DNA of 64,000 nucleotides from Ascidiella aspersa (Eukaryota), in the NCBI GenBank assembly GCA_963924565.1, contig OZ004607.1:8618001-8682000 (forward strand). Direction: 5' to 3'. A program made the position numbers and the translations under genes. Below the pieces are notes generated by a model, which made no database searches, had not been told where the DNA came from, and saw only the letters and a program-made list of their open reading frames with translations. Below are positions 33,001 through 44,743 of the stretch, piece by piece (the stretch's first letter is position 1; each line of letters opens with the position of its first letter).

Positions 33001-36000
33001 AATATAAACATGGACTTTAACAACCTTTACTATTTACGAGAATATATTAACATAATAGAAACATTAGTATGGCTCCTGTAAAACTGACGTCACATTTATT
33101 CACTCATCACTCGTGTATGACCGAAAATGTGTCACCTTAAATCAGGCCTGCATAACTAAAATGGTACAAGGACCAAAACAAGCACAAAAAAAATTGGCGG
33201 GCCGCATACTGAAGTTGCATAACAATTGTTAACGCTAGTTTATAAGACGTATATAATATAATGCATCATATAGAATCCCCTGCGAAACGCTAAAAACGCA
33301 CAGTTCTGCGTTTTGGTCATGCATCAGTGGACAACGGTCACGTGTATAGTGACGTCAAATTAGGCTATATCGAGTAATATTGCATATTAAATGCTACACT
33401 ATCAAACTTTTTAAATATTTAGCTGCGCCCGCACACCAAACAAAAATTGCTTAGTGCTTCAAGTATTCTATGAACGCTGTAAACCTGTGATTTTATTATA
33501 ATGTCGCAACTTACAACGTTCGGTGGCCTGGTGGTTTATTTTCAGCCGCGCAAGTTCAAGTCGAAATTTTATTTTCAGCCGCGCATTTTTTCAGCTGCAA
33601 AACATCTCCCCCGCGCAATATCCAAAGTTTCCAATCAAAATTCGGGTGACTGGGTGCAACAAAGTTAAAAAAGGGCGCTGGTCTAGAAGCCTACCACAAT
33701 ATTAAATCAACGCACAATATTAGGGTTAGGGTGAGAGTTAGTGTTTGGGTGTGGGTGGGTCAAGTATTATTATCCTTATACGAGCGCTACGAGCGTGGAA
33801 ACAAACCGAATCGGGTGCCCACTGACGAGTCAAAGCAGGTGTCAGAAAAATGTGTTACATAACGTTACAAGCAAGTTTTACAGTCACAAGAAAGTTTTTA
33901 TAGTCATATTCTTGGATAATTTCTATATATTTTCTAGGCTTTGTACTTTTAGGTCTATTTTTGTCAATACTGTTGCAGGGTGAGAAAATCCTTAATCGTG
34001 GTCAACACTAAAAAGTAAATACTAATAAAATATAAAAAGGAACAGATTTTGATTACAATGAAAAACGACAGCAGAAAAACAGATTGAAATCAGCAAAAAA
34101 GAAGACTAAAATGATCAAAAAAGAAGCAAACTTTAACAACTATGAATTAGGGTCTAGTGCAGACCTGGGCAAAGTACGGCCCGCCAAGTATTCCAATCCG
34201 GCCCACGGCTCACTTTCTTAAAATACAAACCAGGGCGACTTTCTACATCTTTGTTGAAACATAAAAATTCACTTTTTCCAGGGTTGAATCTATGTTATGT
34301 CCCCGCCAAACTCTATTTTCAGCCTGTTTTATAGACTAAAATGGAAATTGTTTTCGGGCTTCGCGCGAACCTCTTCTGTCTTTCTCGTAAGTTTCGCGTG
34401 TTTTTGATCGTCTTTACAGACAAAAGTCGCCCTCTGCACTGCAATCGACACTCTTTCAAACAAAAGGTGTCAAACTTAGCCTTTTTTTTGCAAATTAATT
34501 TTTTGCGCTTCGATCAAAGTATTTCGTTTTAAAAATACGAACGTACATTAGTATAGCGGCCGTTTTCCAACCTAATGTGGTTAATGCCATGTTTGTGTTA
34601 CTCGATTTGTACTGTCTTTGCAATATGTGCATTGTAGGAAACACACATCGGCCACTGAAAGCTTTAAAAGCAAAAAAGGCTTTTTTTCACGTATGTAACC
34701 TTGAGTTATTTAACCTAGGGTTAATGCCTACAAGCAATTGACAATATCAAGGAATGCACATATATTTTATCTGTGCTCAATGCGTCATAAAAGCACTCTC
34801 CAAATCGAATTAAAGTTTGCATTTTAAACAAAACACCCGCGATTTTTTCGCCCTTCGCGCATTTGCGCACAACTCCCAAAGTAATAACAGGTCTTCGTTA
34901 GCTTACTTATTTTATAGCGTCATGGTTTGACGTCATATACCGTGTATTTAAGATCCTATTTTGACCCGGCCCGCCACAACATTTTTTGTTTCTCATGCGG
35001 CCCACGGTAAAAAATAATCGCCCACCCCTAGTCTAGGGATAATATCATAACGTATGCTAACCCGAAATATCTTCGATCTTTAAAATCTCTCAGTTCTTTT
35101 GTAAAAATAATATTTTTGGAATTTTTTTTTTATGTTTGTGTAAAATTCTGAACCGTACAGATATCCTGAGAAAGTTTAATCCGGAAATCAAAGGCTACTC
35201 TGTGGGCAATGATTACGATGAGAAAGGCAGCGAAGAAAACTGGTACAACGAGGCTGTACCAGGTGCAAGAGCCGCGTATGTTCATTTTTTGTATTTTTGC
35301 AATTATTCAAAGAACAGTGGCTAAATTTTAATCTAGCTTTGAGAATACTCTGCCCCTCAGTTTAATAACCCTGCTTTAATTGTTTAAAATTCCGAAAAAG
35401 GTGAAACGTTGAGTTACACCTTACACGTTTGTTGTTTTCCAGTGATTTGACAAACCAAGCAAGACGACTTGTTTCGGCAATGAAAAACGACAACGTACGT
35501 AACTTACACCCACAAGGGGTTTATAAATGCTCTATACTACACAATGAAACTGCTAAATTGTATTGGGTAAGATATATAACGATCGGAATAACAAGTATTA
35601 AAAAGACTTACATCTACCAGACAACATATCAATTGATACAAGATTTCTGCCAGCGTTAAAGTTATAAGCGGCGTTATTCGCCACGATAAAGTTTAGTGGT
35701 AACTACTGGTAAAAAAAACATAAGTTTATCACTTTTTTCACTTCAGATGAGCATTTTGATCTATTTGTAATTAGCAAGTAAATTCTTTATTTTCGTTAAC
35801 TTGTTGGTCAGCGAACAAACTTTGAAAACGACTGGAAGCTTGTTTCGATTTTCATCGGATTTAACGACATTTGCCAAGTGCATTTGGACCCAAACGGAAC
35901 CTTGCCCGAAGTTTACGTCGACGAAATCAAAAAGGCCATCACGATTTTACACCAACAGGTAAATAGTGCTCATTTCATGCAATATATTTGGGTCACCAAA

Positions 36001-38229
36001 AACAGAATCTAAAGCAAAACGGATAAAAATTTCTCTACAAATAACTGAGTTAAATAAAGTAAAAAACTTTTTATTTCCGCTTTGTTTGTTTTTTGTCTTG
36101 CTATAAATCTTATTGTGGTTTGAATTATAACAATGCTTAACATTTTCTATCGTTTTTATCGAAACAAAGTGTATCTCGCTTTTAATTTCAACGTACTTAA
36201 AAAAAGAACAGAGGTTGACCTTGATACACAAGCAGTCAAGCATGTCTGATTGATGCAAATTGTATTTATTTTGTTTAAATTAAGTTCATTGATTTGTTAA
36301 ATTTTGATAAAGAACTACGATACACACACGTGCTACAATGGCCTATTTGAAAATACTCATGTACATTAAATATGTTTTAATTGCAAGTAGCTTCCTCGGA
36401 CGATCGTTCAAGTTGCCTTGATGATGGAAATGTATGTTCTGCCCCAAGTGGCGAGTGCTGAGAACGCCAACCCCCTCTGCAAACCAATACAACGAATTTT
36501 CTGTCGCTACATTTCCATCGCAAACGATACTGAGCTTCGCGAGATAAACCGACAGTATCAGGTATGAAACGAATTTTGAAGTGGAGGACTCGCAGTATTA
36601 AATTCTTATTTACTGATACTAAAGTATAGCCTATAAGTCTGAATATGTATAGGAGCAGTTTTAAAAGAATCGCATAATAACCGTTCCAAACACCTGGCAT
36701 CGGTTGTCCGATCATTTTTTTGTCATTGGACCAAAAATGACATCTCTAATAATACTTCGGCCTTTTATGGAAGTCAATGAACATTGAATACAAGGAAAGT
36801 ATATTTTGGTCGCATTGCATATATTATAACAAATCACATGCATACAGGACTGGTGTTTGACTAATATTTTTGCACAATAATTGTCAACGATAAACAAAAA
36901 ACTATCTCCATGCACAATCTTAAAGATATGGGACACAGCAGTACTATATTAGACTATTTTATGTCTTCATCGAACAGACGCTGATAACAATGGAAGACTG
37001 GGCTAGAGTGTATAAGCATTATCTACTTTATTTTCTTGCAGACCCAGCTGGAAGACTTGATAAGATCTGGAATTTTTGACACAAGAGACGATTTCACAGT
37101 AGTTGCGCAACCCTTCTTCAAAAACACTGTGCTTCCTTTAAACGAGGTAGTCGCATATAACCAAACGCCCAAGAATTTACTATTTAACCATATTTGTACA
37201 TATTCCGCATTTAGTTATTTATAAATAACCTCCATTGAAATACGATTTACGGCTGTTCATTCCATACAATTCAAGAAAACGAAAAACCGTGTCAAAAACT
37301 AATAGGCCTAATTAAAAAACATCTTATTAAGCCTGCCTTGGTCGAATTTACATTCCTATGTTTTGTAAACTTACAACGTTTAATGCAGTTATTTTTAAGG
37401 AGGGCAAAGTTGATTTCAGTTATTTTTCTCCTGATTGTTTTCACTTCAGTCACAAGAGTCACGCCCTAGGAGCCCTCAACATTTGGAATAACATGGTAGG
37501 TACAGTATTTGTAGGAGCTGCTGTGGGTGTAAATTTAAAAACTGAAGTAAAAAATAGAATAAAGAAATGCCATGAGAATAAAACTTTGACAGAACAAATT
37601 ATAAGAAACGTGATTTTTTAAGAAACGTTTTTTGCCAAAGTTATTGAAACTGAACTTCAAACAATACAACAACAGTTCTTGTGTTGATACCAGATGGAGC
37701 CAGTTGGGGAAAAAACAACATCTTGGGGAATAAGCGATCTGAAGTGTCCCGCCAAGGTAAGAATATCATCGCGCTGGATGTTAAACTACACCTGTCCAAT
37801 TAATTCATGTTTGGAGTGCGAAAAGCTCAACTTAAACAAATTTTGGGCTCTTTCGAATATTTCTATAAATTTAGCCTGAATATTAAATTGGCATAAATCT
37901 TGCAAACAAAAAACAATCTGCTAAATTGCCAAATGTCATTTTATACACCAGTCAAACACTCCATAAAAGTAAACGAACCTGCGATACATAATAAAATGTA
38001 TAAATCCGTTTACTTCACTTTGCAGGAACAACATCCGTTTGTTTTTACACGACTTAACAGCGACATCGCGCGGAAGAACTTCTTATACTTGCCTGAATCG
38101 GCTACCATAAGTGAACCTGAAAGTTGTGACAAAATCCCTTCTTGGTCCATTACGGTCATCGTGGCTCTCATGGCCGTGGCTGCCACACAAACGGTTACCA
38201 TATTATTTCTGCTGTGTTGTCTTTCGTGA
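30004..38229 (+). CDS. PLB1: Phospholipase B1-like GDSL/SGNH lipase, copy 2 (tandem paralog with the same 13-exon structure)
   Basis: Exon-by-exon near-identity to copy 1 (GALGDSIT at about 30970, ILRKFNP at about 35165, SPDCFHFS at about 37430). Ends ...TQTVTILFLLCCLS-stop. Confidence 0.92.
32417..33818. mobile_element. Composite element bounded by about 55-bp inverted repeats
   Basis: GCACCCGATTCGATTTGTTTTCAACGCTTGTAGCGCTCGTATTAGGATAAT is mirrored at 33769-33818, with CCACT on both flanks. Confidence 0.7.
33315..33398 (-). repeat. Fragment homologous to the 5' end of the Gypsy LTR, opposite orientation
   Basis: TCAGTGGACAACGGTCACGTGTATAGTGACGTCAAATTAGGCTA...AATGCTACA is the reverse complement of LTR nt 1-62 with a roughly 22-nt insert. 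Confidence 0.8.
34160..35030. mobile_element. hAT (Charlie/Buster-type) MITE with GGCCCGC subterminal motifs
   Basis: Ends CAGACCTGGGCAA / TCGCCCACCCCTA, TSD GTCTAGTG/GTCTAGGG. Absent from PLB1 copy 1; a related fragment lies at about 24040-24620. Confidence 0.8.
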
Positions 38230-38978
38230 ACCAAAGAGAATTAAATAGTAATTATTGTTTTTGATGATTTCGTATTTTAAATATTGAAAGCAATTGTTTT
38301 GTTTAGGTTTTATTGAAATGAAGGCTATTAAACTGATCTATGATGAAACGCGGTTGTCAAATGAGTAATTTTAGTGAGTTTGAAAATAGAAAAGTTCACC
38401 TTTTTATACTTTCTAAACCCTATCCTTTGCTGTCAACTCTCAATTGTTTGAACTTCAGAGAAACAGTTTGCGATCTAACAATACACGATTATTATGCTTT
38501 TTCGCACTGGATTGCACCCTACTTTTATTTTGTTACTGTTTAGGGTGCGATTAAATAAAACATCGACCCTAATAATACTATAGCAAAGCCTTAGTTTTAA
38601 CTACTGTTATGCTATTTTCAGAAAACGCGTTTTGATGAAAAGTATTTTTAGACATACTTTTGGAATTATGCCCTATGGAAATAACCATTGCCAGTTTCGA
38701 ATATATCTCTTTTATGAAAAGCCGATCGCATCAAGACAGAAACTTGCTCCGCGCGCAAGAGAGAGAGAAAAGAGAAAAACGCACAAAAGAAGCCGCAGAT
38801 GTTTGACACGAGAGAGAGCACCATTCTGTACACGGGGAATTGCACATGTTACCCAGCCTATCGGTTGAACCCCAACCACCTCCTTTCACAAATAAACACC
38901 GCCTGAAAAAGAGGGCACATAATTTACTCTGTAAGGTGAAGCTATACGAGAAGGAATGAACGACGATTTAAAGTTTCT

Positions 38979-41900
38979 TTACAACATAAATGACGCGAGC
39001 TGAGGAAACAGCTCGCTAGACGTGGGGTCGCTGTTGTCCATGGACGAACAGTAGTCCAGGTTTTCAAAGGAAAACTCTTCCCCGAGTGTCGTTGGCGTTT
39101 CGAGCATCGATGTTAGGTCCGATACAGCTGGGACATGATGCTGTTCTTGCGGCATTTCGATGCCTTGGAATCCGCCGGGCGTGGCGGATGTTTGGTTAAG
39201 GAGCAGATCTAACTCTGCGTCCAAATTGTCCAAGTCAAGAACGCTGCTCGCTTCTGAGCTATCGTCCATGTACAGATCGGACTCTACTTTGACGGGGCAA
39301 AGCATCGGCTGCGGGTTGATTAGTTCTGCGGCCTCAATGCGCCCGCTTCTCTCTAAAGCGGCGGCGGAGTTCTTCGTTAGGTCGAGCGAATGCGACGACT
39401 TTTCACAAAGGGCGGCGGGCTTTGGGTGCTCGTTGGGCGGCGAGCCGGAATGCTGTCGGATAAGCTTTGTGAGGCGCGAGGAGCGACTGAGCTGAACGCG
39501 GACTGCAGGAGCTTTGGCGACTTTAAGCTGTCGTACAGTTGGGGGAACTTCGGCGGGTTTCGAGTAGATATGATCGACGTTGATTAGCTCCTTGATCGAG
39601 TCAAGTTGCTCCCGCGTCACTGGTTCGTGGACTGACTCGATTAAACGGTCAGATCCAATGCCTAAAAGAGTAATTACCACTAAGGTTTAACAGAAATAGT
39701 CATACAGTTACAGGATAAATGAATATTTGATTTTTAGACTGTTTTACTTGGAGTAAAAGGAGATGTTAGACTTTGTGTTAAACTAAAGAACAAATGAAAG
39801 TAAATACTAGTTCATAGTTTTGTCAGGACTACACAGATAATTTAAGCTGACAAATAAATTGGTATGGTGAAGAAAACGCATTAAATGCAGCATATCTTTT
39901 TAAGCTTACAACCCTTGGGAATGCAAAGCTTTACTGCTAGTAAGATGTTATATATAAAAAGTTAAGTCTTGTGTGGAGCCCAAATAAAAACACTAATAAA
40001 ATGGTGAAAAAAGGGAAACTTACATCTGTCTGTGGAAGAGTTTGTAAGGTCCTGGAAGGAGTCCTGGTCAAAGTCTGCACTGATGTCTTTGAGCAATCGC
40101 TGGAGGTCTTTACTTGGGCGGCGAGTTTCTGTGTTTGAAGGAGCGAAGACAGCGCTGGGATCACTACCATTGAGCGGATCGGCGTCGGCTTGACAGCGTC
40201 CTGCTGCTGAGGAATCAGTCGTCCAATAACGTGTGCTCCGGACACGGCGGGTTCGGAGGATGCACGCTCGACGGCGGTGAGGCACTGGCGCTTCGCGTCA
40301 TTCAAACACTGAAAATCGAAGACCTTTCGCTTCAGACTTCCATGATGCTCATTTTCATCTGCAAAAGAAAATTATGTCACATTTTTTTAATTAATTATTT
40401 TGAAAGACAAAAATTGAGCCTTTAGTCAAGTTCTTACAAACTATATATGCAATTAAATGAAAAAAGGTGATTTGAATTGTGAATAAGTTAAAACCTTCAA
40501 ACAATACATAATTCAAACATAAATAGTTCAACAACTGCGCAAAATAAATTAATAAGTTGTGAAATGTGTACCCTATGCAAGTAGTACTTTTCAAAAATGT
40601 GATCCAAAAAATTAGCTGCTACTCAGAAATTGCTGTGTTTAACCATGAATTATTGCTTTGGTAATATGACATGCTTGTAAATAACACAAAAAAAATAAGT
40701 TGAAAAACAATCTATTCCAAAATAACCCACAAAAGTTGGATCATATATAATTTATATATATATAGTGCAATTTACCTTTCAAAATATCTTATAAAAAATG
40801 GTTGGAACAAGTGAAGGTGTAGTTTAAAATGCGTGTTAAAATGTTTTAATTGTTGTTTAAATATAGGCACTTAAATCCTACCACTTTTGTTTTTGCAGTA
40901 ACAAATCAAGTTGTCAAAATGGAAATTGCAAGCAAGGAATAAATGAAAGAATAAATGTAATAATAATTTTTGGCCCACCCAAACTCTCGAACCAAAATAA
41001 GGTTGCCAGCATATATAAACCCTCTGACAAGACTGTCATTTTTAGCGAATAATTTTTTTACCTGCAGACTCATCAGGAGACAACATACTATCAGGAACAG
41101 GGACAGTAAGCATCTGGTCACTTTGAGTAACAGTTTCGTCCATTTCAATTTTAATTCTTTCCACTTCGAGACGGTTTTGAGGGATCGATGAGGAATTGTC
41201 GAAGGCTAAACCGAGCCGTTTTTTGAGATCAGTATTTTCTTGCTCCAAATGTTCAGTCCTCTCCAGTAATCTCAAGTTCACATCCAAAAGCTGTTTAGCC
41301 TGAAAATTAAAAAATATGATTTTTTTGTTAAGGATCGTTGAATTACAGTTTAAAGCCTGTAAAATGTATTTTTTTAGTTTTAGAACAGTATCTTGGGCGC
41401 TCGTCTAGAATCCTACCACAACGAACATTATTTGGGTTAGGGTGCCGGTTAGCGTTTGGGTTTGGGTGAGTCCAGTAATAGTGTTAAACAATATTACTTG
41501 ACCTACCCACACCCAAACACTAACCGACACCCTAACCCACATAATATGCATTGCTTAATAATTATTTCAACGTTGTGGTAGGATTCTAGACCAGCGCCGT
41601 AGGTTGTAAAAATGTTACCTGTTGTTGAACTTTGTTTATCGTTTCTTCGAGGCTTTCCATTCGGATTTTTTTGCGATCTCTGGCAGTTTGGGCAGCGACA
41701 CGGTTCTTCAATTTTCTGTTTAAACACAAGTATAACAATTAATTTCAAATATTAAAGTATAATGTAATCAATCATACTGGAGTGTAAAAATCTTATATGT
41801 GACAAACAAAGTTTTTTTTTAAGATAATTTTTGATACTGTTTGCAAACAAAATAACTTACAAAAAATTTTTGTTAAAAAATTAAATTAAATATGGCTTAC

Positions 41901-42115
41901 CTTCTCATTACTTTTTCCTCTTGTGTCAAGTGGGTCAGTCGCTTGCGTTTTCTCGGTCCTTGCCCAACTGAATCAAACAAGCCCACTGCATATTTAGGAA
42001 GGCTGGGGGTGGTGAGGGGCACTTCCATCTTGGTCAACTTGGGGGCGTGCTGGATTGTGATCAGCCTGCTGTCGGGCGAAATCACAATCGTTTGCGGCGT
42101 AGCAGTCGGGGCCAT
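38979..42115 (-). CDS. XBP1: X-box binding protein 1 (bZIP): XBP1s about 511 aa; XBP1u about 301 aa (stop at 39641-39643)
   Basis: Exons 42115-41901, 41715-41619, 41299-41062, 40358-40024, 39661-38979. bZIP RKRKRLTHLTQEEKVMRRKLKNRVAAQTARDRKK. The C-terminal ELINVDHIYSKP and ELFPQL motifs are reached only after removing 32 nt. Confidence 0.97.
40207..40238 (-). other. IRE1-type unconventional intron (32 nt) between two 7-nt-loop hairpins
   Basis: 5' hairpin GUGU-CCG|GAGC-ACAC and 3' hairpin CCU-CAG|CAGC-AGG. Removal shifts the frame (VSAAGR...) into the activation-domain ORF. Confidence 0.93.
41396..41598. mobile_element. MITE in XBP1 intron 2 with 28-bp TIRs and GGGTT(A/T) repeats
   Basis: GGCGCTCGTCTAGAATCCTACCACAACG / CGTTGTGGTAGGATTCTAGACCAGCGCC. 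A related fragment lies at 33674-33770. Confidence 0.85.
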
Positions 42116-42355
42116 TTTGAATGAATTGACAGGATTCGATCGGTAAAAAATAGCAGTCTAAAAAAACACTAAACTACAAGTCTTCTAAGGTTTCTTAGCA
42201 CGAAAAGGGTAGCATCGATGGTTTTACACGACACGTGCCACGGTAAATAACTGTCTTTCGACTATATTCGCAACTACATCTTCATTTTCGACGAGAAACG
42301 ACCTTGTGACAAAAGACTGGGCGTACGCGATGAGGTGGCCTTACGCGATTGCCAG

Positions 42356-42374
42356 CGTGGAGGCCGCTGATTGG
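42356..42374 (-). promoter_or_regulatory. ER stress response element (ERSE-I) in the XBP1 promoter
   Basis: The minus strand reads CCAAT-CAGCGGCCT-CCACG, an exact CCAAT-N9-CCACG, about 240 bp upstream of the ATG. Confidence 0.88.
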
Positions 42375-43074
42375 TCGAGAGCGGGTAAATTTAGAACGCA
42401 GACGGGTTGCGTCATTTCGCGATTTATTCTGACGCAATCGCTAGAGGCTAACTTGTCTTGTGAGTTCTACTGCTTGTTTACTGCTGTCGATATGGTTCTG
42501 TCACGAGACTTTCCCCGAGTCGAAGATTGCGCCCCAGCTTTTCCCCGTTAACCGTTTTGTTTTTTACCTTATCTAAATTGGGAATTAAAAAAAATCCAGG
42601 CAGTACTTTTCCATGCTTTAGTAAGTTCACTTTTGCTCAACCATAATAAGACTATAGTTTGTTTAAACTCCAGAACTTAAACTTATCGAATAATTTTAAA
42701 AAGCGCAATTTTGCGTAGCGCTAGGGTTAGTAATTATCAGAAGGCAACTTTTTTGCCTGAACTGATGTTGAAAAAGTTGATAAAAACGAAAAGAATAGCT
42801 AAAAACCGACATTTGCTAGAGAAGTTACTTGCACAATGCACAAAGTCACAATAATCTTAAGTTATAAACATGTCACTTTGAAATTTAATTTCCATCGAAA
42901 AAATAAATTTACAGTAACCCATTCATTTTAAGCAATATTCCAAGAAGCAAATACCAAAGACTAAAGCGGAAAACGGCTTTATGTATTGTGAACACTACAA
43001 AGTTGGCGGAAATGGCAGGGTTATAAACAAGAAAGTTCTATGATCTAAATGATTTAAGTAAATGTTAAAAAAAT

Positions 43075-43360
43075 AACAGCCAAGTTAGGCTACTGTCCAA
43101 GTCATCGCCATGAAGCCTATAGTTAGTTAGGCCTACAGCAAAAGCAAGTCAATTCATTGGCATAAAATAGATTTTATTTTGCGTTGAAGTTTAGGAAAAC
43201 AACATTAAATTTGTAGAAAATCTTAAATTAATTAACAAAAAAAAACAACAACTTCCCAAGTCATTTGCCAAATAACTTAAGTCAAGTCATTCGTCCGAAA
43301 GACTTAAGTCAAGTCAAGTCATTTGCCCAATAGACTCAAGTCAAGTCATTACAACACTGT
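43075..43360. repeat. AAGTC-repeat MITE family remnant (other copies at about 9020-9120, 46700-47100, 56220-56450, 58225-58480)
   Basis: Clusters of (AAGTC)n / (GACTT)n, with a terminus-like AAGTCATTACAACACTG. Confidence 0.7.
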
Positions 43361-44743
43361 TGTCTAATATTAACCTTTCTTGCGTGGTATAAAAAACACC
43401 TGTAAACCAAAATAAAATATTTTGCTTTAATTGAAATAAAGAGATATTTCACTCCACCCTTCCTAATTCGATATTTTAGTAAGTAATCAATTATGAGAAA
43501 TGCTCCTAAGACCAACGGTTCTGATTTCTGTAATTTCTGCAATCCCCAAAGTTTCGTCATTTATATAGGTGCAATGCTAAATCAACCGTACGGACTTTTC
43601 AGCAAAATTGTAAATCGGGTAAATATACCAACATAGTTCATTTCGCAGGTAAATACTATCTATTTCGAAATTGGTTACTGTTAGTTTTACATTTCTTGGT
43701 TTTGTCATTGTCACTTTTAGACAGTCCTTCAACCAGCAGTGCTTATTCGATGGAACAGACTCGTACGATTGGAACAACTAACTACAATGTCTAGTATTAA
43801 AAGTAATAGAGCAAAAAGATACGTGGGTACGGTATGTTGGTCAAACTGCTCTTAAACAGTGTTTCTTAAACGCTTTAGGTGTGTTCATCCCTACGACACC
43901 ATGATGTGTTTGGTTTACACAAATTTATAACTTATATGACCATAATAACTAAGCTATATACGTGGTTGGTAAAAGTTTTTTTTTGGGTGGGGTTCTTGTT
44001 GTTGTTACAAGACGAAGCCCTATTTTACCAGTCTATGTTAGGGATAACATCTTCACTAGCTTAAGAAACACCGCATTAAACAATTAAAATAAAAACTGCT
44101 AACAATTCAAATATCCGCAGTGACATGAGAAATTAAAATTGAAATATCCGCAAGACACGTGAGAATATATTTCAGAACGATCAAATGCAATCGCGAAGTA
44201 AAATCAAGGTGGCATCAAGAAAAGTCAGGAGACAGTGTACTATCAACCGTAAAACAAGGATAAGTTAAGAAGAACTTAAGAAAGTGCATTAGGAGTAGGC
44301 GATGAAATCTATTCCGACAGGAGGCTGGAACGAAATGTGGAACTGACAGCTAAAAAGTCAATTGGAACATTTTAAAATCAGAGTAAAAACATACTACATT
44401 AAAGTGTGACCACAAGGAAAGAATACGCGCAAAGTTCGAAATTTTGTGAAGTTGGAAAACGGTTTTCGCAAAACTGTATGAATATTTTTCCCACGTCATT
44501 CAAGGGGCAATATAGTTGAAAAGAAAGCCACAATGAAAAGTAAAAGAAATCAATAGGGGGAAAAAGATAACAATTCACACGCATAGTGAGTGCAACAACA
44601 CTATTTGACAGGCGGACAGAGGCGTCGGTAATATTCGCTTCGATTGTGTATGGAATTGTAAAATCCGATCGTTGTGCTGTATATATTGGGTGTCGTGAAA
44701 ATGATGATATGACGCAATGGCGAGCGAACGACTTCTCGAAGGT

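Noticed and set aside
39937-40023. Hydrophobic tail (FPFFTILLVFLFGL) on XBP1u from intron 4 read-through as an HR2 substitute
   Set aside because: It follows a strong GTAAGT donor, and T-rich intron sequence gives such peptides by chance. There is no evidence of intron retention.
41055-41075. GAGTCTGCAG at the XBP1 exon 3 end as an IRE1 site
   Set aside because: No closing stem forms after splicing. It is an ordinary CAG|GT donor, and the true hairpin pair is at 40207-40238.
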